Below, piece after piece: positions 25,841-39,139 of a DNA stretch of 64,000 nucleotides (its first letter is position 1; every line of letters starts with the position of its first letter). The notes beneath the pieces were generated by a model. It searched no databases. It had not been told where the DNA came from and worked only from the letters and a program-made list of their open reading frames with translations. Source of the stretch: Lama glama (lineage: Eukaryota); contig CM052817.1 of NCBI GenBank assembly GCA_028534125.1, positions 24,120,001 to 24,184,000 of the forward strand, read 5' to 3'. The translations under genes were made by a program, and so were the position numbers.

Positions 25841-26185
25841 CAATTAAATGTCACTAAGTGACATTAAAAGTCCTGATACTTTGTCCTTACAGTTTTTTAG
25901 TTTCTTTACTCTCTGTCAGTTTAACCTCTTTTAGCTCCTTCCTGTTTAGTTGAGAAGCCAATTAACCAATTCCCTTATAATTGTATCTAAACTGAGGTTT
26001 AACTGCATCTAAACTAAGATTTCTAATTACATCTAAATTAAGTTTAGAAGTACTTCGTGATGGTGTGGACAGTTCTCTTTTAATTAGAGTGTCTGAGCAT
26101 TACTGCTTGCGTCTTGTGACAGCTGTTCCAATAGCCAGAGGTCTTGTTGCTTTCTTCTACAGGGCAAACTTCACGTATGTTAGGT

Positions 26186-26308
26186 TTGTTACAGCAATCA
26201 ATTGTCCTGGTTTTCCTGGGACCAAATGGCCTCCCAGGATGCTGGACTTTCAGTGCTACAATTGAAAGAAAAAGTCCCAGGCAACCTGGAACAAGTTGGT
26301 CATACTGG
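26186..26308. mobile_element. MER94-like hAT-Blackjack MITE
   Basis: tgtcctggttttcctgggac...ggactttcagtgcta...aaagtcccaggcaacctggaacaagttggtca, with internally inverted structure. Confidence 0.75.
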
Positions 26309-26334
26309 TTTTAGAAGTGGCCTTGTGAAAATGT

Positions 26335-26595
26335 GAGGCATCATTGTACAGCTGAGTAAGTGCTTAGGCTCTGGAGTTCTGGGTGAAAATCCTGGCTCTG
26401 CTGTTTATTGCATCATCTGTTACAAATTATTTAACCTGTTTATATGTCAGATTTCTCCATGTAAAATGGGGATAGTAATGATATTTTCTTATTAGTTATA
26501 ATTTGTGCATTGCTAATATATGTAGCCCTGATTATAATGCCTTGAACATAGTAAGGACTCCAATTTAGCTGCCATTGCTACTGTTGTTATTACTG
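26335..26595 (+). mobile_element. MIR SINE
   Basis: ggctctggag...aatcctggctctgc...ttatttaacct...tcagatttctccatgtaaaatggggatagtaat. Confidence 0.8.
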
Positions 26596-26988
26596 AGTTT
26601 CTAGTTCCTATAGCTAAATTGATGGCATACATTTTAAAGGAAATTTCATACTGGACTCCCCACAAGGCTTGAGTAGAACATATGTCCTAAAATATTCTAA
26701 GCCTTTTTGTACCATGCAGATTTTAGTACCTCCATTATCTGCACACGGTCAGACAGCTTTTCTTCTTTTTAAGTTTTATGTTCCCTAACTTCACTATATC
26801 ATTAGAGACTTCTCTGTGTTTAATTTATAAAACAGAACACTTCATTTGTCCTATAAAGTTTCCCACTCTTTTTTTTTCCCCTTATGAATAAGCAAAAAGA
26901 AATGAGGACAAGGATAAGAAGAGGAGGGGGTGAAAGAAACGGTCACACAGTCATAAAATGTTATACTAATTAGAAAAGAATTTGGTGT

Positions 26989-27493
26989 CATTACCAAATC
27001 CAAGCTTGTACTGCTCTCCAATACTACAGCTTGAGAGGTAAGTCGTTGGGGCAAGGAATAGCAACTTTATTCAGAAAGCCAGCAGACTGAGATGATAAAC
27101 TAGCATCCCGAAGACCCATCTTGTTCAGGTATGGTGTTAGGTTCTTTTATAGAGCAAAAGGAGGAGGGGAGGGTGAGGAGATAAAGTAAAAGAGATAAAT
27201 TGTGACAAACATATCCCGGTTCAGGACTCTGAAGAGGATGTGTTAATTTCTTCCTTCCTGCAGGCAATCATAGATGGGCCTGGTCAGGACATTTCCTGTG
27301 AGCTAAACAAAAGTATTTTAGCTTAATGCTTGAGCATGGGAGGCAAGGTTCCCGGAGATGGGCCATTATGAATACTTAAAGATACAGGCAACATCCCTTT
27401 AGTGATTAATTTGTAGTAAAAGCAATATAATACAAAGGTTAAAGTGAAAGAAATAGATCTAATATGAAGTCGGGTTTGCTATTCCCCATTACA
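26989..27493 (-). mobile_element. ERV1-class solo LTR related to the 19245-19661 LTR
   Basis: Reverse complement starts tgtaatggggaatagcaaacccgacttcatattagatct and has gaataaagttgctattccttgccccaac near its end, shared with the 19245 LTR. TSD gtgt/gtat (one mismatch). Confidence 0.85.
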
Positions 27494-27689
27494 GTATTTG
27501 CTCTAAATTTAAATCCAATTGGATTCGCACTGAATCTATATTCAATGGCATTCTTTTTATTTGTCCTTTTTCTCAAGGGAACTCTTTTTCTAATACCATT
27601 TCATAAAACACAGCAGTTTTAAAATATTAAATAGAACATGACAGGGTATCTTTTTAAGTGCAGTTAAAAATGGATTTCACACACAAAAA

Positions 27690-27870
27690 TAATAATAATA
27701 ATAGCTTTTACCTTTTATTGGGGGACTTGGTGAGTCCCAATACTAGGTTAAATGCTTTACGTATGCTGGATCTCATTTTTGCTTTTACAACGTTTTATGA
27801 CTTAAGTACTCTTCTTTGCACAGAAGATCGAAAAGCAGATAAGCCTCAGCTTAGAGAGAATAAGTAATTT
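27690..27870 (-). mobile_element. MIR SINE
   Basis: aataataatagct...ttttattg...aatgctttac...tctcattt...ctcag...agagaataagtaatt. Confidence 0.6.
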
Positions 27871-28335
27871 TTGAAGTAATATAAATAGAATTTAAATACG
27901 TTTGTTTTATTTTGCTCAAGTTAAATTGATAATTTTCTTATCTATTACTTACGAAACTTTCTGTCATATTCTAGTTCCATGAATCTCCTAATCTTCCAGG
28001 GTGTCAATAATTATAATTACTTTTGGACTACATGCAATGGCCCCTATTTGTATATTTAGTGTCATCTAGATTTGAATATCAATTTTATTTTGTTTTTTTG
28101 TTTATGTGTTTGTTTTTTTTTTTATAAGAGCAGGAGGGTTTCTAAGAAGCTATTCATCTGTCAGATACGCTCAGCTTACCTCTTATCACTGATTCTGTTC
28201 TGAAATTATATCGTGATTGCAGTAACTGACCCAGTATCCTGTGAATCCCAACCTAAGTCCTTGATAGCCACTTTGATACGTCTTTAACAATATCTATGCT
28301 TCTCCCCACTTGGCTTTATCCCTTCAGAAACTAGA

Positions 28336-28532
28336 CCTGGGTCAGAAATCTAAGACCAGTAGGTCAAATCTCACGCTTCCTATTTTGTAAATAAAGTTTT
28401 ATTGGCACATAGCCATGCTATTTGTTTACAGGCTAAATAACAGAGTGGCATAGTTACAAAAGACACTCCATGGACCACAAAGCCTAAATTATTTATTATT
28501 TGCGCCTTAACATAAAAAGCTTGCTAGACCTT
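28336..28532. mobile_element. MER58-like hAT-Charlie DNA transposon
   Basis: ttttgtaaataaagttttattggcacatagccatgc...ccacaaagcctaaattatttattat. Confidence 0.8.
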
Positions 28533-30627
28533 AGTCAACTAGACTGTTGAACTCAAACCTGTTAGATTCCCTCTGATCTGGTTTTGCATTTGCTATGTCC
28601 ATACCTAGGATTCTTGTCTGTAGTTGAGAAGCCTTCCTTCTGGCCCTCCACTTCAAACGATATGATTAAACCTCCCTTAATTATCTCCTTGATCTGTCTA
28701 TATTCAATGTCATGGTCATTGCGTCTGGGCCATTGTAATGCCTTATATATGATATGTTTCAAAGAAGCAAGTTTATCTTATCTTTTACTCATTCATTTGT
28801 TCTAATTAGCTCAACAGGAGGGGAGAGGAAATGTACTGGCATTCCACATATGGGACAATGACATCACAGGTGGCTGACTTAGAGAAATTAATTCTTTATT
28901 ATTATTTCTAGCATGTATTATATTCATGGTGTGTTTATTTCCTTTTTTCAAAATGGCATTTAGGGAGGGAAAATTACAGAGAAATTCTTTTTTAAAAAAT
29001 TCTGGCATGATGTGACCTTTATTATTTTCTTTAAAGAGTAATAAGAGCAAAATTCTGAATAAGACTCCAATATACACATCTTTCCATGGAAGGATAGGAC
29101 TTCATCAAGCAAGGAAGCCATTAGAGGATAGTTGTTGTTATATCAACTTAGAGCATTTTAAAAATCATAGCCACAGCTATAGAACTCCCAATGAAAATGA
29201 GCTAAAATTAAAAATTCTCAGGTCCATAACTGTGGCTCCCTGTTGCTGGGCTACAGTCCAGATTCCTCCCCAACTGACGAGTTTGCATGACTGTTCTTTG
29301 AAGCAAGAAATTTTCCCTTGTTTCTTAATCCTAATTGGGCTAGCTGGAGCAGGGCAGGCTGCTGCTGATTAAGACAACTCCCTGAGAATTCGGAATCAAG
29401 CAATGAGCTGTATAACTGAGGTCTGATACTTATGACCAGGATGTCTCGGGGACACAGCTCCTTCTAGAATAAGCAGCAGAAGGCCTGCAAATTCTTAGAT
29501 AAAGACTCTGCTTCCATGAATTTCTTATAAATAATAGCTTCACTGGCACAGATTATAAGAAGAACAATGTTCTCACTTGAACTTAGGGAATTTTTTATTC
29601 ACTGAAAATTGAGAAAATAGGGGAAGTGGCTGCTTTATATTTAAGGATTTATATTCCATTGTCATTGTAACCACAGCGGGCATGAACCACATTTTATCTC
29701 TGGTTTGATACGGAGCGCTCCTTGAAACACCTGAGGCTAAGAGCAGTGCCTCTTGTACGTAGGTGATATTCCTCTCCTGGTAGATTCCAATTGCTGGCTT
29801 GATCTTCTGATTACCTAAAGCTGTTTCTCATCCATCTGTCATAACACATAACAAGATATTTAAAAGAATGTCTGACAACCAATGTGAAAAGCTATTTAGT
29901 TCTAGTCTAGCTTTTCCAAATGGTAGTACATTGATCAGCCAGGCAGTTTAATGACTCTGCCATCTTGCATCAGCAGTTATTCTCTAAATTAAGTCATATT
30001 CCATATAAAAGCCTGATTGTTATTCAGAGCGTGTCCCAGCTACAGCTGTAAGATTCGATTAAATCAATATGTTCCTGTGAGGAACAGCTTGTTGGGGGAA
30101 GGCAATGTGAAAATGCACAGGGTAACAATAGAAGAAAAAAAATTCAAAGTTTCATTTTACTAATAAAGTTTCAAGGTGTGTTTTCTTATCCTTGTTAATA
30201 TCTCTTTTCAAAGACTCTTCCTTTGGAGTCTAAAGTTTTCTTGCCCCAAATGATGTGTATAAGAGCTCGTTGAAAATGAGAAGATAAAATTCAGGAGATT
30301 ACTTGAGCTAAAAGCATCAGGTCTTATATATACAAGGTGAGGCATCTGGCTTGGAATAGTTGGTAAAGTGATCAAGTACTCTCATTTATCCAGTGATACT
30401 AATAGAGGATAGAGTTACATCATCGCTGTCCTTGTCTCTGCATTTAAATAGTGGACTCTGAGTGGCATTCTAATCCTGCCAGGATTATAGACAAATTAGG
30501 AAGTAGCATAGAATTGATTTGTAAGACAGACCAATCTCTGTTCAATTCCAGGCCCTCCTATTTACTATGTGTGTAAACTAAGCCATCACTTAACTCTTTT
30601 GTAAAATTACTGTACTTTTGAAGCCAA

Positions 30628-31078
30628 TGTATGTGATTGATTGGAGTATTGATCCAAGTTCTTTACCCTTTGTTATGTGACTCTGTAGCTCCTCCTACCA
30701 CTGACAGAGTATATTTCCTGACCCCCTGACTTCTGGCTTAGACATGGAGTGAATGTTGAGCAATGGGAAATGGGTGAAATGGCAAAGTTCTAATCAGGCC
30801 TCGACAACAAGAGGCATTGCAGGTTTCAGCTTGCTCTCTTGCCCTCTGCCATTACCATGTGAATACGGTTCAGCTGAGCCATTGATCCAAGGAAGACAAG
30901 AGACACGAGGAACACTTGCAGATGGACCTTGCTGGTGAGAATCACCTAGGCAAGCCCAAACTGGATTGGCTGAACCCTTGCTAAACTGCAAAAGCATGAG
31001 CAAAATAAATGTTTATTGTTGTGTGTCTCAGAGATCCTGTAGTAATTTGTTAAGGCAATATTTGCTAATAAACATACT
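30628..31078 (+). mobile_element. MaLR LTR (MLT1G/H-like)
   Basis: tgtgactctgtagctcctcc...agagtatatttcc...ctctgccattaccatg...aataaatgtttattgttg...tttgttaaggca. Confidence 0.75.
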
Positions 31079-31779
31079 TTGCAATTTATATACTTACTGA
31101 TTGTACTGGGTAGTGACACTCCTAGTGAAGGAAGGTGAAAAGCACAAACATGGCAGGATATAGGCTGACTCTCAAGAAATTTAAAAGTTATTGTGGATAC
31201 AGACAAATACAACACTGGAAAAACCTAAGAAATTTACTGTGAAATCAAGATGGAAAGGTAGTGGTAATGTGGAGGTCAGGTAAGACACATTCATTCATCC
31301 AACAAATATTTATATAATGCTCATGCTTATTATGTGCTAGGTACTGGCGAAACAATGGTTTGCAAAACAGATTCATTATCTATTTTCATAGAGCTTATCA
31401 CCTAGTAAATGCAAAGAGGAGGTAATACTTGATCCTGGATAGGAGGGTGAACTTTTTGCCCCCATTGGCAAAGACAAAGGAAAGACTATTCAAGCACAGT
31501 AGATGGCTTGTGTCCAGGAGCACAAAACTGGGTGGAGTGATCTGAGTGAGAAGGGGATAGGTCTTTGCTTGAATGTACAGTGGAAGATTCAGGTTCTCAG
31601 AGCTTACTCATCAAATTCCCAGTCCCCTCTACCACCGCCAAAATGCTCACCAAGAATTCTGGATCTCTAAATTTCCCTTTTTTTCTGAAATTTACTGTCA
31701 TCATTCCATTCAGCCTTATGCCATTTGTATTTTGTTTCTTAAGTGTTAACCTTGTTTCCACAACTAGGTTTTAAAACTT

Positions 31780-33190
31780 GTAAATATATAGGCACTTACT
31801 ATGTGCCAAGAACTGGTGGTAAAGCTTACAATAAAGTGCAGTAAGACAGTAAAGAAACAAAGTCAATGAGTAAATTACATAATATGTTAGATGGTAATAG
31901 TTATAATAAAGAAAAATAAAGCAGCACATAGAAATAGGAAAATCTGAAGCAGCATAATTTAAATAGAGTAGTCACCAAAACCCTCATTAAAATGCTGGTG
32001 TTTTCTGAAGAAAGTAAGGAAGCAGGTCATAAAGATATCTGAGAGGAAAGCAAGCCAGGCAGAAAACAGCAAGTGCAAAGGAGAGGAGGGATCATATTTC
32101 ATTGATCAAGACATAGGCATGATGTCATCTCATGGCTGGTGCAGAGAGAGAAGGAAGTAAGACATTATGTCAGTGAGCAGGAACTAGATTGGGTGGGCAC
32201 TGTGTTCTCTGGTCTTTACTCTGAGTTAGAAGAGAAACCATTGGAGGCTTTTGAGCAGGCGAGTTCATGATCTGACTTACATTTTAACAGGCTTCTCTGT
32301 TGATAACAGACTAAAGAGACACAAGCACAGTTTGGAAGCCAGTATTTATGTGACAAATGAGGGTATCATAGACCAGAGTACCACAAAGGGTTGAGAAATG
32401 GTCAGTGCTAGGTATATTCTAAAGTAGAGTCCACAGGATTTATATCAATGACTGAATGTATGGTGTGAGAAGATAAGAGCAAAGGATCAGTTTGATGTGT
32501 CTGGCCCTAGTAACTGGAAATATGAAGTTGCCAATTACTGAGACAGAGAAGACCATGGGATGAGCTACTTTCATGGAGCATATCAGGAATTTAATTTTAG
32601 ACATATTATGTCTGAGATATTTATCTCTAGATCTGGATGTAGAGTCATCAGTCAAATTTATTAGTGTAGAATTCAGGGAAGAGATCTGTGCTCTAGACAT
32701 AAATTTGGGAGTTGTTGGCATACTAGTAGAATTTAAGACCATGAGACCAGATGAGATCACCAAATATGTAACTGAAATAAAAAAGAGAAAATGTCTTAGG
32801 AGAGAGCCCTGGGAATTCCATACTTTAGAGGTCAGGGATATTAGAGTTAACCAACAAAGATGACTAAGAAGGAGCTGACTGTGAAATAAAAGAACAAACT
32901 AGTAGAGTGTGGTGTCCTGAAAGCCAAGAATCAGACAAAGATCAATTGGGCCAATCAATGCTGCTGATAGGCCAAAGTGAAACAGGACAATGGCATCAAG
33001 GGAGGTGATAGGTATCAGAGAGAAAAAAGCAGCACATAGGAACAGGAAATTCTGAAGGGGTAAAATGCTTTTACAATAAGATAACAGCATGTTTGTAAGT
33101 TGCTGGGAATATTAATTCAAAGAAAAAATAAGATGTAGCAAAGACAACAGACAACTGCCAGGGCTATGTCCTTGAGTAGTCAAAAGAGAT
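31780..33190 (-). mobile_element. Long L2 LINE fragment (~1.4 kb)
   Basis: Continuous antisense L2 motifs: cttactatgtgccaag, accattggaggcttttgagcag, tctgacttacattttaa, gaattcagggaagagatc, aatttgggagttgttggcata, aatgctgctgatagg. Confidence 0.85.
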
Positions 33191-34999
33191 GGGTCTTGAG
33201 AGTTGGTGCCTATTTCTGTATTTCCATGGCCTACCACAAGTCTAACTGGAGTTCAGAATATTTGTTGACAGACTAATTTCTCCCATGGATGAACAAAAAA
33301 TAAGGACTATCATAAGACTAAGAAAATAATTCTTTGGAAAACATTTCATTATTCATTCAGTTTTACTGACATGACTACTTGTCAGGTATATGAACAAATA
33401 TGTTCAATTTCCTTGAAATGTGGGGTTTAAAAACATTATCATATTTTCTCAGTATCAGAATACAAACTACCCTGTGGAACATAGTGTAATTCTAGTGAAA
33501 ATAATGCATCTCTTTAACTAGTTATTCATGATACTATAAATGTCTAAAGCTAATCACTGTTATGCTGAGTATTGTTATACAAGTTGATGACTATTAATTA
33601 CTAATTAGTATGCATCTAGATTTCACTGTTCACGTGGAACATGCATATAAACAGATAAAATGAAAATGCATCCTAGAAATGGAATTACTATTTTATTACC
33701 TAATTTCATCAAACTTTAACCCCACTATGATCCCTGTCTCAAATGCAGATTTTTTCTTAAATTTATTCTTATCTGAATGATTAGATTGCAGTGAAAAAGA
33801 GTGATGTCTCCTCAAAACAGTAATATTTACCAAGGTAATTATTCATACCTACATATTTTCTTGTATTTTCACATTTGGAAAAATGTGGTTTTCCTCCCAA
33901 TGTCTCAAAATCACTCAAGTCCTTCTGACCCAATTCTAACAGGATCTATAAAAACTTTTCAAGAGAAAAAAAAAAAACACTACAAAGTATCTCATATAGG
34001 TCTAGAGCACTTTACAACCTTTAAAGTATTTTCAAATTTGTCCTCTCAGTTGATTGGATCCTTATAACTCTCCTGGGTCTCAGAAGCCAGCCAGAGAAAA
34101 TCTGAGAGCAGCTGTTAGAGTAGGAATCAAAGATTTATCAAGAGTGCCTGCTGGGGTTTATGCATTGGGAAGTGGTACTGAAGGCATAGGTTTTGTGATA
34201 GTTAACTGTGGCTTGCAAAAGCAGCAGCCGTACCAGGAGAAGTTGGGGTGGGTTGTTGATATGAAATGCTACAGTCAGAGGGGTTCTGGAAAGGGAAAAC
34301 CAGTGTTGGACCCATAGAAGTGTGGGTCATGAAAAAAGAGGCTTATATTCTGACTCTCCACCTAGAGTTTTACAAGTAGAGGAGTCCTAGAGTTGGTCTT
34401 TGAAGTTGCTTCCAATACCCACAATAGGAGGTGACTGCTTTGTCTTACATGGAGGCCCAAAGATGCTAAACTAAGGGGTTATATCATTACTGAGATGTAG
34501 CTAACATCAAACACTACTCTATCCCTTTCTACAATTTCCCTCATGACATTTGAAGATAATTCTATGGTATGTTTTACCAATTTCAATTTTGGAAATTTAA
34601 AGAAAAAATTTTCGAATATTGATTAAAAACATCCAGAGATTTCATCTTTATTCAGTTTTTTTCTTAAAAACAAAAGGATATGGTCAGAAATCAAAGTAGT
34701 TAAATGATGCCTGTGAAGCTTCTATAATTAAAAAAATTTTTTTTCATGAATTTTAACGTGTCAGGTTTTCTTCAAATTGTAGAAGACTAGCATGCTGACT
34801 GCCCATCATTACTCAAATAGAATACAGTTTTTTTTTTCAAAATAATATTTGGGTGCTTGCTGATTTAGTTTCTCTCTTTCTCTCTCCTCTTTCCCTCTCT
34901 AACAGATTTTCTCCCTCTAATGTAAATTTAAGAATGATCTTGTGTGGAAATCATCTTGGATACATAATTCAAAAATTTAGTTATTTTGTAATAGTATAG

Positions 35000-35210
35000 T
35001 AATAGGAAATGAAATGAATTTGACTTAGAGCTGAACTGGCTTTCCAACTCTATCACTTTCTTGCACTGTGATTTGGTCATGTCTGAGCCTTCATTTATTC
35101 ATCTATTAAGGAGTATAATAATACTTCCCTGATAGTGTCCTTCTGAGGTTTAAATTATAATGGTTATACAATTCTTAGCCTGAAGCGGACACATAATATT
35201 TAATAATATG
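35000..35210 (+). mobile_element. MIR SINE
   Basis: tctgagccttcatttattcatctat...ataataatacttcc...tgaggtttaaat. Confidence 0.6.
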
Positions 35211-35780
35211 TGGGGTTTTTTTTTCAAACATCACTAGGTCACAAATCTACCTTTCTCTACAAACAATTTTTGGGTTATAGTAACAGCCCAAGTCAAGTTT
35301 CCAGACGTCCTCCATCATATTTCCTAAGTGATGTAATAACACTAATGTTCTCCGTCCAATCCAAGTAAACTCACTTAATGCCTTGACCTCTACCATTTCT
35401 CAGATTTAACAAAACCTACCACCACAATGATTTTCCATTATCTCCTTGAAAAATGAAAATAAAACAAAAATGTTCAAGTTACTGAAAGTATTGCTCAGTA
35501 TTAACCAACTTCCTGTGAAAATCTTCCCAAAGAAAGCCTAGCAGATTGCAATCACTTAGTGACTCTAACATCCTGTTTGTAACTAAAATGTGTTCATATT
35601 TCTGTTTGTCAACTTCTTAGCTATTTTCATTTAGGGAATGTTCTGTTTCATCCTTTAGAAGCTAATTTTATGTCATGTCCCTTCAAATGTGTAATTTTGT
35701 ATTCCACATAGCGATTAGCAAATGTACTCCCTAAGATGTGTATTATACTTAATAACTAGTCTTACTCAAATGACATTACT

Positions 35781-35932
35781 CAGTGCTTTCCAAACTTATC
35801 CGAAGATAAGAATCATCTGTTGTCCTGGCTAAAATGCAAATTCCTAGGTCCCCAACCCAACCTGATGAATTTAAATTTCCAGGAAAGAAAGCATCCTAAA
35901 TGGTACTTTTCATTCAGGATGTTTGAGAAACT
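35781..35932. mobile_element. MER5-like hAT-Charlie element
   Basis: cagtgctttccaaactt...agaatcatctg...aaaatgcaaattcctagg...gtttgagaaact, with inverted termini. Confidence 0.7.
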
Positions 35933-36400
35933 AACTCATTTTGAAAAACAGAGCTAAGCTGCTTCCATCAACCCCAGAAGGGCTAGCTGAAGTTACAAGA
36001 AGAGAAATAAAAATCTTCCTCTGAGATGCAGGAAGAAAAAGTGAGAAAGAATATAAGCTCTGATTAATTTGTGTGTGTTGGGGATGTGGTAGGAAGTTGA
36101 GAATGCTAATGCTTAATGAGCTTTGGTTTCTCTGGGAGGTAAGAAAGTGCAGCCATCTGCTGAGGCAAGAGGAAGGAAAGCTGTCAGGGGATTGAGGAGC
36201 ATGATGAAAGTTGGACATATGTAAGGAGAGGAGGAGTGGAGACAGGTAAGAATCATGGAGAAGAGTTTAGGTGATAATTGAGTACTCTCTCTCATAGGGA
36301 TACATTTTGGGTATTAAGATAAATTTACGTTTATATAGTGGCTGTGATGGTACCAAATAACCTAGCTAGGTGGAAAATTTCCTAAAAGAAGGCTAACAGG

Positions 36401-36915
36401 TATGGTAGGCAGCTTCTTCAATGACCTTAGCTTCCTATTAATTATCCTGTTAATTACTCTCATGTAATTTTCTCCCCTTGTTTGTGAGCTGAACTTATTG
36501 ATTCACTTTCAATGAATACAACATGGCAGAAGTAATGGTTGAGTTATAAAAAGATTGTTATGAAAAGCTTTCAAGTGGGTCTTTCTCTCACTTACTTTTG
36601 GATTATTCATGGTATGGGAAACCAGCTACCAAAGAATCCTTGTAGAGAGGCCAGATGCGTAAGATTGGAAATGGTCACCTGAGGCCTGTCAACAGCCACA
36701 TTAATGAGCTTAGAAGTGGATCTTTTGACTCCCACCAACAATGTCTTTGGTCACAGAAGTGAGTCCTGAGATGACTGCAGTTCTGATCAACAGCTTGACT
36801 ACATCCATATGGACAGATCTTGGGCCAGAGTCACTTAGCTAAACCACACCTGGATTTCTTACCCACTGAAACTATGGGATAACAGATGTTGCTGCTACAC
36901 AGCAGGAGATACATA
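36401..36915 (+). mobile_element. MaLR LTR (MLT1E/F-like)
   Basis: tggtaggcagcttct...atggcagaagtaatgg...aacagccac...tgagcttagaagtggatc...gagatgactgcag...cagcttgact...acccactgaaactatgggataa. Confidence 0.75.
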
Positions 36916-38564
36916 AAGGAGTATATAAAGACAGAATTAGGCAAAACAAAGAAATTGGCTAGAAATTAAGCCTTGACAATGTAAATGTTTGTAATTATAA
37001 TTCAATTTCATTAATTTTTAAAACATAAGTTCGATACTTTTTTCTATTTTTCATTACATTCATAATTCAGTTTCTTATTTATGAGGCATATGGTATATCA
37101 TTATCCTGATTTTTTCCCTTGGGTGTAGAAATTTTGCCCCGCTGTACCCTCAAGTTTAGGTACTAATGAAAACAATTTGCCAGAAATAAGAGCAGAAGAT
37201 TAAGGGAATAACACATTTTGATATGTTCTAAATCTTTAATCATTTATCTATAACAGGAATACTAAGATGATGTAGCACTAGGTAATGTCTGCAATAATAC
37301 AAATAGGATCTTTAAAACATGTAAATGTATCAATTCTTAATATTCAGATGATCCCAAACTCCTAAGTATCTAACATAGAAATACTTTCCATTTTATATTT
37401 TAGCCAACCAGTTAATTATTTTTCTCAAAACTTTTGTTTATGTAATGAGGTTTATAACAATAACATCTCCATAAGAGGAACAGGCCATATGTCTATATGT
37501 TATGGCCAATAAAATTAATAATTATCCTGTAAATTTAAAGTTAATATATGAAAGAAAATTCAGGAACAATATGACAGATTTATAGCTACAGCTCTTCAAT
37601 CTCTCACTTACCTGATTTATGTAATGCCATTCTCTGAACCCTGCCTGAATACTAGTAGATTCTCATTCATTACATCAGCAATACTAATTAGATTGGCTTG
37701 AGGAATGAGCAGTCTTTATAGAATTATAAACATTTATCCTTTAGCTTTTTATATTACCATAATGCTCTTACTTATGCATGCCATGTGCTCATAGATCTTT
37801 GGAAATAATTCTTGACACTTGATTTATGAAATAATGAACACAGACTTCATAGGGTATATTGTAATAGCACATACATACATGCACACACACATTATTTTGT
37901 ATTCAAGAACTGTAATTTCTCCTTTACTACAAAATAATACAGGAAAATACTCATTTATAATAGCAAATATAAAAAATGTATTTTTAAAATTAAACTACTA
38001 AATGTGTGAGCTACTAGAACTCTGAACAGCAGCAGTTTATTTTCTACATAATAATGGCCAAAGAAAGGGCAGCAAATTCTAAAAATCAAAAACTCAGCAT
38101 TTTGAGCAACCAACTAGAAGAAGAAGATATAAACTTACATTTAAAGGATGCTTTGGTTAATCAGTTAAAGGTGGTAAAAATAAAACAAGACCCTTAATAA
38201 ATTTTTGTGAAAATTATTAACAAGTGGGAAAAATATCCGAATTACATGAGTTTCTTTAGAGAACTGAGCTGGTACATTTGATTTATCAAATATCTACTTG
38301 AAGCATATCAGCATAACTTTTGTTTCAGTTAGGCATACTATACTCAGTTGCATTACAAAATAGCAACCATACTGAGTCTTGAACACTGTTTCCAAAGATA
38401 TTTTTACATTGGAATCACATCCTTATAATTATCTTACAACATCATTCTAGAATTTTAGATCTTAGCTAAGTTAATTCATCAAATAATTTGAACCAGTTCA
38501 ACTGACCCTGGCTTCATTTCAGGTGATTTTATTTTGGAAGAAAGAGATCGTAGTCATACCCATA

Positions 38565-38680
38565 TGTGTACACACAGGCCTACACATGCTGTAAACACAC
38601 AAGCCACACACACACACACACACATACACACACACAAGCACACAAGTACACATACACATGCCACATATGCCCACACAAAA
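38565..38680. repeat. (CA)n-rich degenerate microsatellite
   Basis: Directly visible. It generates the H/T-rich and C/V-rich spurious ORFs at 38519-38830. Confidence 0.9.
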
Positions 38681-39139
38681 ACCATGAGCAGATGCCTGAA
38701 ATCTGAACACAGATTGCTTTGGAGCCCAAGGTCCAACCCAGGGAAGCCTTCAACTGCAGGTGATGATGTCAAATTGGAGAAGTTCAGATCATGCTGGGAC
38801 CAACTGTATTTCTGTGGTTTACATCTCTAACAATGGAAGAACTTAGACTACCCATCCATTCACTGTCACTCAAAGAAGATGTTAACAACTATAGGCCTCT
38901 TCTTTTTTTGAGAATATGCAAGTCTACATCTTACACTTTGGGTATAAAAGAGAAAAATATCCAATCAGTGCTCCAGCCTTCCAGAATTCTATAAAATCTC
39001 CTCTCAATAATTCTCTTTATAGCACTGATATCATCTAGATAATTTTGGAGGGTTAAATGACAATATTTTTTACTTCTTTACTTTCTATTCAATAACCTGT
39101 TTCAAAATTTGTATTCAATATCAGAGACAGCTAAGAAAA

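Noticed and set aside
19245..27493. Provirus bounded by two LTRs
   Set aside because: The LTRs are inverted, each has its own TSD, and no gag/pol/env or primer-binding site lies between them.
32440..33090. ORFs of 107, 96 and 63 aa
   Set aside because: They lie inside an L2 relic and are decayed L2 ORF2 or antisense frames.
38519..38830. His/Thr-rich and Cys/Val-rich ORFs
   Set aside because: Translation of a (CA)n microsatellite.
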